Assembly: GCF_001194135.2 (NCBI RefSeq)
Contig: NC_068983.1
Coordinates: forward strand, 137,034,764-137,098,763
Source of the DNA: Octopus bimaculoides
Taxonomy: Eukaryota
Length of the DNA stretch: 64,000 nt
Reading direction: 5' to 3'
Under the pieces are notes generated by a model that worked only from the letters and a program-made list of their open reading frames with translations, did no database searches and was not told the origin of the DNA. The position numbers and the translations under genes are program-made. Position 1 is the stretch's first letter. Every line of letters begins with the position of its first letter. Positions 1-58,328 of the stretch are shown piece by piece.

Positions 1-283
1 TGTAAGTTCCTCACTGAATTTCATGTGTCTGGTTTTTATTACCTGTTTATCCATGTCACTTTATGAAATGTAGATACTTTACATCTTTCTGTTCTATGTA
101 TATCATAGCTTTCTCTTTTAAAACCATACATCACATCTTTCTTTTCTGTGTATACATCATCTTTCTATGTTCATCACATTTTTCTATTTTAATTCTGTAT
201 TTACATTACATCTTTCTGTTCTATAACTGAAAGGTTTCAGATCTCAATAAGGAATTGTTGCCATATAATTATTCTAATTCCAG

Positions 284-390
284 GAATGATAACAAATTCG
301 GGTTCTGTACTTCTTCCACCAATTGGACTCACCCAGTTAATGAAAGGAACTGCTCAAAACTTGAGAGCACCATCAATGTCAGTGATGCAG
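284..390 (+). CDS. SUPT20H: SUPT20H-like internal exon (G)MITNSGSVLLPPIGLTQLMKGTAQNLRAPSMSVMQ
   Basis: Acceptor ttctaattccag at 282-283, donor CAG|gtaaaa at 391; phase 0 end fits the next exon. Confidence 0.8.
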
Positions 391-2598
391 GTAAAAGAAG
401 ACATATACTCATTGTCTCAAATTTCTCTGATTTATTCAGACTTGGTTAAAAGAAAGAAAATATATTTTTAGAAATTAGAATTATGTCAACAAAGTAGCTA
501 ATAGCTCAGAAATTGAAGAGATACTTTATTTGAACTATCCTGTATTATCTTTTATAATACTGTGGGACCAACTTTTCTGGATACTGTTTTAGGTTAGGGG
601 GAATTGGTGATGAGGTACAGAGCAAAGTGAGGCAGTGACCCTAGTAAGGTAGAAATCACTGATTCAACTTGTAAATTATACAACATATTAAGATGGACAT
701 GAAAACTATGCATCTAGTTATATGTTCTTGGTCATCTTAGCTCTGTTAGTTGGATCATATAAAGAAAACTATAGATTGCACCTGGAAAGTTCCTCTCCAA
801 AGCACAAGTTCAGGTAAGGTTATTCATGGAAGATCAGCAGTCACCTGTGGATACCAGTTTCTCCTATCCACACTACTGATGTTGTCCAAGGGAGATACAT
901 CTTGGCACCAGTGATATCACAACTCATTTCTACAGCTGAGTGAACTGGAGTAACATGACATAAAGTGTTTTGCTCAAGAACACAAGACAGCCTGGTTCAA
1001 GAATTGAACTCACAATCTCACAATTGTAAATCTGACACTCTAACTGTTAAGCACTGCATGAAGACATGTGACAAAGTGGTTAGCTCATGATTTACAGCAG
1101 GTCTGTTTCATTTCAATTGTTCTTCATATATGCCATAAAAGATGGTTGCAATGGATTGACTTTCTCATTGCATATGAAGATAACATTTTCACTGATATTC
1201 TAATGATTCACTTTCATTTCAGTGACCCCCAAGTAAAGTGTATCACCCTACTTTCTTCACTCAAGTTAGCTGAAAATCAGATAGATACCTCTGTTATAAT
1301 GGTGGTGATGACTTTCTCCAATAGTTTCTATATACAAAATTTTAAAACATTCAGATTTTTTATAGTTGTGCAATTATTTATCTTTCTGAAGCTCTATGTA
1401 TTGTTAAGTTGAAGTACTTCTTGGTCTGTTAGCATTCTCAGAGGTTGTATTTAATTGTTATATCTAAGGTCCTTTTAGCTAATATCTTAAGATTGTCTAA
1501 TCCACAGTTGTTATTTCATATTTTTATTGTTTTTTCTTGTTCAGTTACAAAACCAACAACAGTTCCAGCTTCTAAATCTCTCACAACAAAGGGGCTCACT
1601 TCCTGCAGCATTGCAAGCAACTCAACCCCAGACAACAACTGTCACCACACCCACTCAAAACAACAATCGCACTTCTGCCAGTACAGGAACTACCATTTCA
1701 GTGAATTCTCCTGGTAAGTGTTGCCAAGTGCAAGATAAATGTCTTTAGCATTCCCAAGAGGCTGTCTTTAATTCCAATTTTACAACATCCAGAATGTGAA
1801 TGATGAATCCCTAGACTTTTGCAGGGAACATTCCCTTAAAAATTTGATACTTATTCTTCAGGTAAAAATTAAGTGTACAAGTTAAAATCACGATAAATTA
1901 CCAGATTTGAACTTGAGACCAATGAATTGGAAGTTCAGTACCATATTCACTAAATTATTTTGCTTTTTTAGTGTTGCCATGTGTAGTTAGTAGCATCCAT
2001 TAGTTTATCTGATTTTTAAAATTTAGTCTGAGGAGGTAAGCAATATCTGTAACTTTTGTGGGCTGGAGAAGTATATGTGGTTAATGTTCATTTTGAACTT
2101 CTGCATGTTGATTCCTGAGTGTAAAACAGGAGTTGCATCCCTGAGAAGAGAAGATTGAATGAAGTGTTTAATTCTTTAGCATTCCGATTACTCTGCCAGA
2201 TGCAATGCTTATTTATTCACATTGTTTTGAATTAATCATGCATTATCTTGTAGCTTTGAGATTTCAATGATGTAATTATTTACTTTTAGAATCACATTGT
2301 AAGATAGGTGTGAGAAGCCGGATCTGGCTAGTTTGAATGGAAAACAGACAGACTATTTGGGTTAGATATGGTTGGTCTAAATGTTAAAGGATTTAGACAG
2401 GTTATAAAAGGTAAGAGCTAGAGAAGACAAGAGAAAGAGAGGAAGGTTTCTACTATGTTCAGAGAAGCAAGAACTGAAAAGGCATGTGTAAGTGTGTTAA
2501 TGGTTGTAGTTACGTATTGATGAATGAAAGTTTCTGAATGATTTGTATAATTTTTTTTTAATCCAGTGTAAAATGTGTGTGTGTGGCCATGACTTCAA

Positions 2599-2640
<42 letters not shown>

Positions 2641-5079
2641 ATACCCTTAAGTGAAGTGCATTTATGCCCTGTATACAGGGTTGACAAAGATGAAGTTGTT
2701 TCCTTGGGTGAAGTGAAATCTTATCAGTTTTAGTGTAGTTGATTAGAATATATGCAATGTTGGATATTAGTTTTAATAACTATCTGAAGATTTTCATGAT
2801 TGGTTTTGAAGACTTGAAACATCTATATAACAATCTACTTGTTCATTCACTCATTATACACTAGTTAGTTGTGGAGGTGGAGTAAGAGAGAGAGAGGGAG
2901 GAGTGAAGAAAGAAGAAAGGAAGAAGTAGAGAAAGGTGATTAATATTAATACACTTAGGCCAAATGGTCAGCTGAAATTAGAGGCGAAGAACAAGAGAAA
3001 AAGAGGGAGAGAGAAGTGTTAACAACATGAGGTGAGCTGGGGAAGGAATACTTATAATGTGGTTAAAAAGTTAGTTGAAGGGAAAACTAGATAGAGAGAG
3101 AGATGGACAGTGGAGGTAGTTATATTGAGAGAGAGGCAGATGGTGGTAGTGATAGTGTGTTGATATTGAAAAGTATTTTTTTTCATTTATAGTGACCATT
3201 GCATAAGTGCAATTATTTATCATCTGCTTGTTTAAAAAATTGATATTTGTTTATAAGGGTTAATTTAGCCTAAACTCTGGATTCAAAAGAAACACAGTTG
3301 CAAGCTGTCCAAAAAAGGATGTGCAGATATAGAGCACGGATCAGAGAGGAACAGCAAGAAGATATAATAATAATAAGAAAAAGACAACACCAATGGAGAT
3401 GTGAGGAAATGAGTGTAGACAAATGTGAAGAATGTTTAAAGAAAACTTGACTATGAATGCTATAAAAATGCAAATCATCCTTTCTTTCTTAAATAGGTCC
3501 TCTTAATTTTTTCCATTCCATGGAATTTACTTGGGTCTTACTATCGTTTAACGTCCGCTTTCCATGCTAGCATGGGTTGGACGATTTGACTGAGGATTGG
3601 TGAAACCGGATGGCAACACCAGGCTCCAGTCTGACTTGGCAGAGTTTCTACAGCTGGATGCCCTTCCTAACGCCAACCACTCAGAGAGTGTAGTGGGTGC
3701 TTTAACGTGTCACCCACACGAAAACAGCCATGCTCGAAATGGTGTCTTTTATGTGCCACCCGCACAAGAGCCAGTCCAGGGGCACTGGCAACGATCTCGC
3801 TCGAAAATCCTACAGGAGCCAGTCAGGCGGTACTGGCAACGGCCACGCTCAAAATGGTGCATCTCATGTGCCGCCCGCACAAGAACCAGTCCAGGGGCAC
3901 TGGCAACGATCTTACTTGGCTTGCCGGGTCTTCTCACGCACAGCACATTTCCAAAGGTCTAAGTGNNNNNNNNNNNNNNNNNNNNNNNNNNNNNNNNNNN
4001 NNNNNNNNNNNNNNNNNNNNNNNNNNNNNNNNNNNNNNNNNNNNNNNNNNNNNNNNNNNNNNNNNNNNNNNNNNNNNNNNNNNNNNNNNNNNNNNNNNNN
4101 NNNNNNNNNNNNNNNNNNNNNNNNNNNNNNNNNNNNNNNNNNNNNNNNNNNNNNNNNNNNNNNNNNNNNNNNNNNNNNNNNNNNNNNNNNNNNNNNNNNN
4201 NNNNNNNNNNNNNNNNNNNNNNNNNNNNNNNNNNNNNNNNNNNNNNNNNNNNNNNNNNNNNNNNNNNNNNNNNNNNNNNNNNNNNNNNNNNNNNNNAGTG
4301 GGTGCTTGTACGTGTCACCCGCACGAAAACGGCCACGCTCGAAATGGTGTCTTTTATGTGCCACCCGCACAAGCCAGTCCAGGGGCACTGGCAACGATCT
4401 CGCTCGAAAATCCTACAGGAGCCAGTCAGGCGGTACTGGCAACGGCCACGCTCAAAATGGTGCATCTCATGTGCCGCCCGCACAAGAACCAGTCCAGGGG
4501 CACTGGCAACGATCTTACTTGGCTTGCCGGGTCTTCTCACGCACAGCACATTTCCAAAGGTCTAAGTGTGATTTAAATCAGTATACGTAAAAATATTTAG
4601 CATAGTAAATCTTAAGCAAATTGTTTTGATTTAATCTACTTAATCATCTGTCAAGAAATTGTTTTTAAACATCATTGATAGAATATCTACTTCTAGATTG
4701 GGTTACTTACCCTCATGATGTTTTAAGGCATCAATTGTTTGTCTTTCTCTCTTTTTTTTTTGTGCTAATATCTGATGTTTCTGTATCTCCAGGTCTGCTG
4801 GCTACTAATGCCAATCTCACTGCTCAGCCAATTGCTGGTTTCACTCCAGTCACTGTTCAGACTGCAAAAACCGGACAACTGCAAGCAGCTAGTGGCAATG
4901 CAGCTGCTGGTTCCAGCCAAACTGCCATAACTCAACAGTCCAACAGTCAACAGCTGCAGTTTCATCAACTGCAGTACAAGCATCCCCAGTCAACCTCCTC
5001 TTCATCACAACAGTCAAGCTCCGGTTCCAGCAAATCAAAGAGCAAGAAACGAGCAACACCAACACCACCAAAATCTTGA
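284..5079 (+). CDS. SUPT20H: 3' end (last three coding exons) of probable transcription factor SPT20 homolog (SAGA subunit); 5' part lies outside the window
   Basis: Exons 284-390, 1545-1713 and 4793-5079 have canonical AG/GT ends and matching phases (1-0, 0-1, 1-stop). The Q/S/T-rich product ends QQLQFHQLQYKH...GSSKSKSKKRATPTPPKS*, resembling the remembered vertebrate SUPT20H end (QQLRFLQHQM...GSQSKSKMKRGTPTTPKF). Confidence 0.7.
1545..1713 (+). CDS. SUPT20H: SUPT20H-like exon LQNQQQFQLLNLSQQRGSLPAALQATQPQ...SVNSP(G)
   Basis: Polypyrimidine tract plus tcag acceptor at 1543-44; donor G|gtaagt at 1714; phase 0 to 1. Confidence 0.85.
3541..3965 (-). mobile_element. RTE-type 3' tail / non-autonomous element in the SUPT20H intron
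   Basis: Reverse complement of the tail seen at 17990-18148 and 35350-35520, with hairpin subrepeats. Confidence 0.85.
4297..4568 (-). repeat. Second copy of 3692-3965 across an N-gap
   Basis: 272 versus 274 bp, nearly identical, same ccaaaggtctaagtg junction. Confidence 0.9.
4793..5079 (+). CDS. SUPT20H: SUPT20H-like terminal coding exon ending KKRATPTPPKS*
   Basis: Acceptor ctccag at 4791-92, phase 1 completes GGT; TGA at 5077-79. Confidence 0.85.
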
Positions 5080-5206
5080 CTCCCTAATCTCAAACAGCTG
5101 GCTGTAGCAAAAACATATCTCTTGTCAGTGTCAGGTGTTGATCTAGCATATCTCCTCTTCCCATTCTTCCATCCATTCCCAATCAAGACTTATTAATCAT
5201 CAATCA

Positions 5207-5270
5207 CCACCACTTTCATCATCATCATCATCATCATTATCACCATCATCAGTATCGTCATCATTGTTAT
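5207..5270 (+). repeat. (CAT/CAC)n trinucleotide tract in the SUPT20H 3' UTR
   Basis: Direct reading, about 130 bp after the stop codon. Confidence 0.85.
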
Positions 5271-8200
5271 CATTACATTGAACAATACAGAAATAATAAA
5301 AAGAAAAAAAAAAGAAACACATGACACAAATGAACAAAACAAAAACATTGATGTTGTTTTATGTGAATGAATTTGATAGACTGAGTTCTTCCTTGCTAAG
5401 ATCTCATACAACTGCTTGGTTCTATACAACGGCCTTATTGTTGCTGAAGAGACTGTCTGTCTGTGATCTGCAGCCAGTAAACATTAGATTTATGTCTGTG
5501 TGTGTGGTTGTATGTATTCATATGTTCAAGTGTGTGTGTGTATATGTTTGTATGTGTTTCAATTCTTGTTTTGTGTTTCAAACCTGTGAGAATCTGAATC
5601 AAAGAACATTGTTGAAACTGGTGAACTTTTTACTTCGCTGCCAATGTTTGATTTTTTCTTCTTTAAACCTCATGATATTTGTTTTTTTTTTCCTTTCTAA
5701 CTCTTTAATGACCTTTCAATCAATATTGGAGTGGAGGAGGAAGGTGATTTTGAGATTTTAAAAATTTAATCATTATAAGTGTGTGTGTGTGTATGTATGT
5801 ATGTATGCATGTATGTTAATGTGTGTATGTGTAATTTGCTCAAAACTGAAAGCATGCGAGAGAGAAGGGCAATAGAGGGAAATATATAATTATATTTATG
5901 TGTGAGAAAAATGAGATCAGAAAAAAATTGTTTTATAAATTAGAACCTCTCTATTTGCAGTCTGAAGACTTACTGTGTAACTGGGAACCTTTAAAATATT
6001 TGGTGCTAACCCAGATCCTATTTGGTGTGCTTTCTGAATAAGCATCATAGCAGGTTCACTCCTTACTATAAAAGTAAGTTGGTTATATAACATGCATACA
6101 CACACACACACAAAAGGAGAAAAAACAGATTTATGCTATATTTCACTTTAAAGGACTTCAGTTCATATGTGGTCGGGATCCCGTGTGATAAACCAACTGA
6201 TGTTGTTTACCACTCCTCAGCTTGGTAAAAAAAAAAAAGAATGGCAGAATATGGTTTTGCTTTATGATTCTGTCACAGGAACTATGTCTATATTCCCCAC
6301 TACCTTTGAGAAATAAACAAGGTATCTTTACAAAAGAATGAATATCAGAGTGGGCCTATACTAGTGTTTAACTGTTGCCAACCACTTGCCTCTTGCTACT
6401 CTAAGAATTCTGAGAAGAAACAAATGTTGTACTTTTCTATATTCCACTTATAATCTTGTTCCTAATAACACAGTTGATATTGTTTGTTGTACTAACTATC
6501 ATGTTCGTGCCAACAAAGGAACATCCTGGGATTTTGATAGAAAGAGGTTCAATACTTCATTCTTTTGATAACAGCTCACTAAAATTCCAAGCTCGCTAAT
6601 TTGCTAAAAAGAAAATTTCAGAATTTTTTTTTTATCACATATCTAAACCAAAAGAGATTGAAACGTGTTCTTCATTTAAGCAACCTAGTTGTTTTTTTAA
6701 TATTCACTTGTATATTTTCTTAATCCCTGTGATCCAACTAATTCATTCCATTCTGCTAGGGTAGTGGGCGGGTAGTAGCTTGGTTCCTTAGTATAATTCA
6801 CATTCAAGACCTCAATTTACTACTCAGAATTCCCTACTTTTATTAGAACTCTTCATTACTCATCCAACCCCTTCAGAGGGGTTGTGAATTTTGTGATGAA
6901 TATTATGACACCCCTGTCACACTGTGCCATTAACTCTGCGACGACCCATTAGCTTACACTTTGCTGTTACATTCCCACTAATGGGGCCATCACAGTATCG
7001 GTGACTACAAATAATTTTTTCTACTCAAAAGAGGCTCATAACTCTACTGTTTCAAGTAGGATCCTTTTCTTCTATTTTTATTATTTCCAAATTGTGCCAA
7101 CACAGGCCGTCTCTAAGCCTGCCAATTCTAGTGACCATCTTTAACATCTCTATAATTCACTAAAATTTGTTGTTGAGAATTGCAGTTTTGCTGATTGTTC
7201 TCCAATAACTTACATGTATTCCCTTCCCTTTATCTTGGAAAAATTTTTTTGGCTGTCTAGTAAAGAATTTTGTTTCCATACAAAATACCCCCTCCAAAGA
7301 AAAACCTAAATATATCATATTTCTTTATTTGGAGATATTTCCAGCTGTAGTTGTAGCCATACATAACAAAGATGTATTGATAGTGGCTCACTGGATACAA
7401 GTAACATTCTCAGTTAGGCAATTCTCTATTTGGAAATTCAGTTATTTGTTAACAGTTTAGATAAGTTTGCAGACAGGCTCTCACTTAAACAGTAAAAAAC
7501 ACAGCATAACCAAAAGAGAATTGCTTATTTTGTGATTTACTTTGTATGTCTCTTAAATTTTCTGAAGTAAGGGGTGAAGAGGTTGTTGGTATACATTAAC
7601 AAATATTAACCATCCCAAGTAAGGTGAAATCTATATGATTGATCATTATAGAATAACTAAATGAAGGATTGCATCTTTTGTGTTAATTGGTTAAATTCAT
7701 GCTTTGGTTCACTGGACCAGACAAACTGATTAATCACTCAACATTAAATTTGTATGTAGAACAGTTGGCATTTTAGCTGTACACTCTTCCCCTCTAAAGT
7801 GGAAAAACAACCAACATGTAGGGAAAGCTAAATGTCTTCAGAGTTATTATACATCAGTAGAGTTTTTAAGTTTATCTTCAAATGGTATCATGCTCAAACA
7901 ACTGCAAAACAATTTGATTAAACATTTTCTTTTGCTTTTTTTCCTGTGTGTGCAAGATAGTGAAGGTTTAGTAGAGTAAACCTCCTTAAGCCACCCATTA
8001 TTTTTTTGTGTTGGCTCTCACCTCATCAAAACTCGTCTAGAAACAAAAATAACAAACTCACTAAATAAGATTTTAAATTTATTTTCTTAAAAAAATATTT
8101 GAAATTTTGTCCACAAGGATTTCAGANNNNNNNNNNNNNNNNNNNNNNNNNNNNNNNNNNNNNNNNNNNNNNNNNNNNNNNNNNNNNNNNNNNNNNNNNN

Positions 8201-11200
8201 NNNNNNNNNNNNNNNNNNNNNNNNNNNNNNNNNNNNNNNNNNNNNNNNNNNNNNNNNNNNNNNNNNNNNNNNNNNNNNNNNNNNNNNNNNNNNNNNNNNN
8301 NNNNNNNNNNNNNNNNNNNNNNNNNNNNNNNNNNNNNNNNNNNNNNNNNNNNNNNNNNNNNNNNNNNNNNNNNNNNNNNNNNNNNNNNNNNNNNNNNNNN
8401 NNNNNNNNNNNNNNNNNNNNNNNNNNNNNNNNNNNNNNNNNNNNNNNNNNNNNNNNNNNNNNNNNNNNNNNNNNNNNNNNNNNNNNNNNNNNNNNNNNNN
8501 NNNNNNNNNNNNNNNNNNNNNNNNNNNNNNNNNNNNNNNNNNNNNNNNNNNNNNNNNNNNNNNNNNNNNNNNNNNNNNNNNNNNNNNNNNNNNNNNNNNN
8601 NNNNNNNNNNNNNNNNNNNNNNNNNNNNNNNNNNNNNNNNNNNNNNNNNNNNNNNNNNNNNNNNNNNNNNNNNNNNNNNNNNNNNNNNNNNNNNNNNNNN
8701 NNNNNNNNNNNNNNNNNNNNNNNNNNNNNNNNNNNNNNNNNNNNNNNNNNNNNNNNNNNNNNNNNNNNNNNNNNNNNNNNNNNNNNNNNNNNNNNNNNNN
8801 NNNNNAAAAAAAAAAAAAAAAAATGAAATTAGGGCTCCATTGACATCTTTTAAGAAGCAGAGTGAGTGTGTTTTATGAATGTCTAAGAATGATGAACTTT
8901 TTAAATGATGCAGATCTGTTTGATGTAAAGAAAAAGAATTACATGGGTTGTTAAAGATGACTAATTAAAGCTTTTAAACTTCATTTATCTTTTTTTTTTA
9001 TCTGTTTACTCTGCTACAGAGAGAGAAATTGGATAGTGTTATATTTACTATAAAAAAATAACAAAAAAAATCTGATTGTCATTGCAGTTAGACATAAAAG
9101 AAAAGTACCTCAGTGAGCAGTCAGCAAAGAAGCAACCAACTATGGGAAGTTGTTTCATCTACCCAATGTAGCAGCAGCAGCCAAATCTCCCATAACAAAT
9201 TCCCTACTATTTTGAAATTGAGAACCATTTATTTTAAAGCAGCATGCTTCCTAACAGTGAAGACCAGATGGGTAGAGCTATAAAGCTTGTTGGATGTATG
9301 AGATATTCCCAAGCATTTGATAGGTGTTCATGGCTTACATATTACAGTGCTCAGACAACAACAGTATTAATATACACAATTCACACTCCTGTACACAAGA
9401 GTAAGATTCTGACATGCATTTGGTTCACTATTTCATTGCCCATACAAAATACACTACATAAACATTTAAAAATCCAGTAAGGGTCAGTAGTTTCATATCC
9501 TGTCACCAATATTGTATAGCTCAGCTTTCAGTAATGAGTCTCCTTAGCTGAAAGTAAATGTTACAATATGGTGCATATGATGTAAGCAGCACCTTTGTAG
9601 ATTAATTTTAAACTTAGGGACAATGCCACATATTTTGGGGGAAGGATATTGGTTAAATCAGCCCCTAGTACTTCACTGGTACTTATTTTGACCTGGAAGG
9701 ATGAGAAGCAAGGCCAATTTTGCCAGGATTTAAACTTGGGTATAAAGAGGGTCAAAAATACTGGAGTTCACATCACAACCATGTGTTTTTGAGTTCAGTC
9801 CCATTGCACAGCACCTTGAACTTTCTTCTAATAGACAACCAAAGCCTTGTGAGTAAATTTAGTAGATAGAAACTGAAAGATTATTGTAAATAAATATATG
9901 TCTGTGTGCTGTCCTCTTTGTTAACATCTGCAATTGTTTGTACGAAAGTATGACAGGCAGTATTGTCAAACCTGTCAACAAAATGTCCGGCCACTTTGTG
10001 CTTTCAAAACCATGTCAAAAAAAGAGATCCCTTACTTGAAAAACAAAGGTTAGGATCAAGAAGGGTATCTGGTTGAAAAACAATACCTCAACATATTCAA
10101 CCAACCTATGCAGGCATGAAGAAACATGTAAAACAAACAAATCATATTTTGACTACCAATTCATTGGCCAGCAGTTTTAATTTCAATCTGACTTGTGAGA
10201 AAAATTATGAAAGGCTAGGGTCCTAAGTAAACATTTATCTCTCTATTAATGCAATAGAAACCCTCATAGTGGATCACAGAGTCAGGAAATGGATCAAATT
10301 TATGCCAGGACAATTTTTGCATATTAGAAAAAGCAAAACCAATCCCAACAGAATTTGAATTTGGAACACAAAGGAATGTAAATAAATGTCAGAAGTTTAA
10401 ACCTGGCACCCTTCTGATTGTGTAATTCCACTGTCCTAAAAGAAATAGATCATTTATAATGAATACCTTATTGATTAATGATAGGTTCTCGCTTAATTGT
10501 TCTATAAAGTTTTCCTCAAAGTGTGGCATAGTGATTTACACACCAGATATGTTATTTCTTTATTCAAGTGTTGGCAGCTGACCAAAAGCTGTAGGATCGT
10601 GGGTTTCAGATTTTGTATCTAGTGCTACACTATCAACAGGCAAAGATACTTATATCATGATGATACAGTTCACCCACTGACAAATAGATATTAAGAAGTG
10701 ACAATTTACAACAGGAGATAAAAGGATTACTGTTTTGATTGACAAATGCTTATTAGTTTATAGTGCTAGGCAAAAATCATAGTATAGAGTTGAACCAAGC
10801 CCCGTTTTATCTCATTGCAAAAAGAGGAACCATTTCCCAACAGATAAGCTCCAGAACACAACAACACAATAAATCAGCTTCTATATGGTTGCTTGGCTTG
10901 ATGAAAATAGCCAAGTCTTTCTTAATAAAAACATGCATTAATATAGTCCTTGATGTACTGGGGAAAGAAAAGATAAGACAATCATATTTTTAATAATTAA
11001 ATAACAATAAGATGGAGTTATATGACAAAGAAAATTAGCGGTGAAGGTAGAAAATACTATGAAATGACAGCAGACAGATAAAAGATATTGGATAGCCAGC
11101 TCATTGACCAAGAGAGGAAAATCCATTGTAGACATATTTTCTGAATACTCTATTTTTCACATTATTTACATATCTAGATGTCTTAAAGACTGGGGAAACC

Positions 11201-13889
11201 TACTTGATTTTCTGGCAAAAAGCAAAAAACAATATTGTACCAATATGCAAGATAAATATTTATCCTTATTAGGTCTAGTTAAGTGAATCTGAATAGGATT
11301 CAAACCCATTATTAAAAGCTAATGAACAACATGTCAATTATACAAGCATTGTCTTTGCTCTGAAATTCAATATGGTGAGTATGGTGAAACTCAAAAACCT
11401 CAAAAGCATGAGGCTCTTTATCATTTAAGCTATAAGGGATTAGTTTGAGGGTTGATTTGGCTGACATTTTAAGTTATGCAGAATAAACATTTATTTATAA
11501 CCTATAGTATTTTCTGAATTATAAATAGGAGTTGTGTTTATGCTTTTCCCATGTGCATTAGGATGTCTATATAATTGATAGAAACTTGCAGTGTCTCAAC
11601 TTACTGCTGCACCTTGGTGCTTTTAATCTGTAAAGATTTCTTACATAGACAGACAAGGCCTCAGATTTATAGAAATAAAATTGCATAATATTGATACCTT
11701 TTCTGAAGGATATTAGTAAAAGTGAGTACAACCCGAAATCAAATCTGAACTTACCTTTATTGTGCAAGATAGTTCAATAGTGATTTTTTTTTTACAATAG
11801 CACAAGGCCGCAAATTTGAAGAGATGGGATACAGTTGATTGAATCAACCTCAGTACATGCTAGGTACTTACTTTATCATCCTTAGAAGGATGAAAGATAA
11901 AAGTTAACCCTAGTGAAATTTGAACTCAGAAACATAGTGGGATAAAACACTAAGTTAATTGTAGCTCTGTACCACTTCTGCCATTTCATAATTATGGTAA
12001 AAGACAAGATTCTTAAATTTAAAAATGGGAGGGAGTAGTTCTTAACGGATTTAGGAACATGGGCAAGAGTTTCGGATATAAAACTAAAAATCACAACTGT
12101 TTTCATTAAGGTCAGATATATTAAAAAAAAGGTGAAATTGTTTTTAAAGACATTCTTTCACATCAATGTAAGGAAGTCATTAATTGACAACTTTTTTTAT
12201 GAAAAAGTTTTTGAAGGAATTTTTTTCTTCTTTTCAAGAGCATAGCTGCCTTAGGATGACAAAAATTGGTTCCCTTCTCATCAAAATTTCAGAAATGGCT
12301 CTGTAGACATGGTATCAAACCACTAGAACATAGATGATGAATTCAAATTTAACTTCAGGTGTTTAGATGTTTCTAAGAAAGACAATTCTATTTGCGTCGA
12401 CTTAATTGCACCTGTTGTGTATCAGGTACTCAAATCTTTCAAGAAAAGTTACCTGCAGCAGATTAACATTTTATCTTGGATATCTTCTTCACTTATTTGT
12501 TATGGTACCAAACAACTATAAAGGAGATTCAATTGTGCATTTATATCCATGACCAAAGCACTTTAACTTTCCATAGTCCAACCTAAATAGTTGTAAGGTA
12601 CTACATGGGGTTTAAATCATTGTTGTAAGGAGTTGTAGCATTATAGAATATAAATTCTCCATTAATAAGACCAGCATCCTGTCCAGGAGGAGATTTATCT
12701 CTCATTTGTTGAACACTATAAACCTGTGTTGAGTAGTGACTTCTCTGCATCTTCCTTGCAATTCAGCTGTATGATTTGGAATTAAAAATGCCAACAACTA
12801 TAATCAGGACTCAGTAAAAAAAAAAAAAAAAAAGGGTGAGACTGAATGGGAATGAATTGCTTTTCTTTTTGCTTTTGTCTTATAAAGGTGTGTACCATCA
12901 CATAACAGCTGTAAACTATTCAACAGAAGAAAAAACAACTTTTTTCTTCTTTTTTGGTTAATTTTGGACGAAAAAGTGACAAATCAGGACAATGATGTTA
13001 ACCAGGCATTTCATGCTTCAAAATGGCAGGCTGGCACCATTATTGTTATTATTATTAAAGGCATTTAACTCAGTCCATAATTTAAATCCAAGGTACTAGA
13101 GGTACCACTGCAAACATTATTTAATAATGGCATTTTGTACAAGTTATTATTTAGCCTGAAGTGTTCGGGTGTGTTTGTAAGAAAGGAGGTCTTTTCATCT
13201 TTTCTCTTTCCACAATGTTATTTTTGAATAGTTGAGGGACTGGGAAAATTTCTGTAATGGGAAAAAATATATAACAATCACTCCTTCATTGATGTAATCA
13301 TTTAAGTATAAGTGAATATGCACAACACAGTTGAAATACAGAACATTGGAAATGGGGGAGAAGAGAAAGAATATTTACAAAAAAATTGCATATGAATCAA
13401 TTAAATAGAATCTTAAAAATAATGGCAGCGTATGTTTCAAAATCTGGTGATATTTTGAAGTCTCATTGCATATTTCAGCAAGTTTGTTTCATTGCATTGT
13501 TAAGTGTGAATCCTCTTTTTTATTGTTTCCCTTCTATTGGAAATAGAAAGCTTTGTGATCCCTACATTTTTCTTTTCCTCTTTTTTTAAAGAGTTATTTG
13601 CATCAGAAAAAAAAAAAGAAAAAGTAGAGAGAGACAGTGGGGGGGGGGGGACCTCAGAAACCATTTTCATTGGCTTGCTTTGAAAGTATCATATTCTCAT
13701 CTACACTCTCTTTTTCTTCAACCATTTTGAGACAGTGAAAATATATTTTGGAAGAGGTTCTGCTTTGTTGACTGGAAGGACAGAGTTTTAAGCAAGCGTA
13801 GGCTTTCATTTTACTAGGTCATGGCATCAAATGTGGAGTCATAGATACAACCTGTCGTCTGTCGTTACAAGGTACTTGTAGTTTTGATC

Positions 13890-58328
<44,439 letters not shown>

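Noticed and set aside
3597-4590. Long ORFs spanning N-gaps (also 8099-8878, 36119-37072, 47343-48341)
   Set aside because: Their length comes from X runs and repeats
5295-5300. AATAAA as the SUPT20H poly(A) signal
   Set aside because: Embedded in an A-rich tract where the hexamer is common by chance; no clear downstream element
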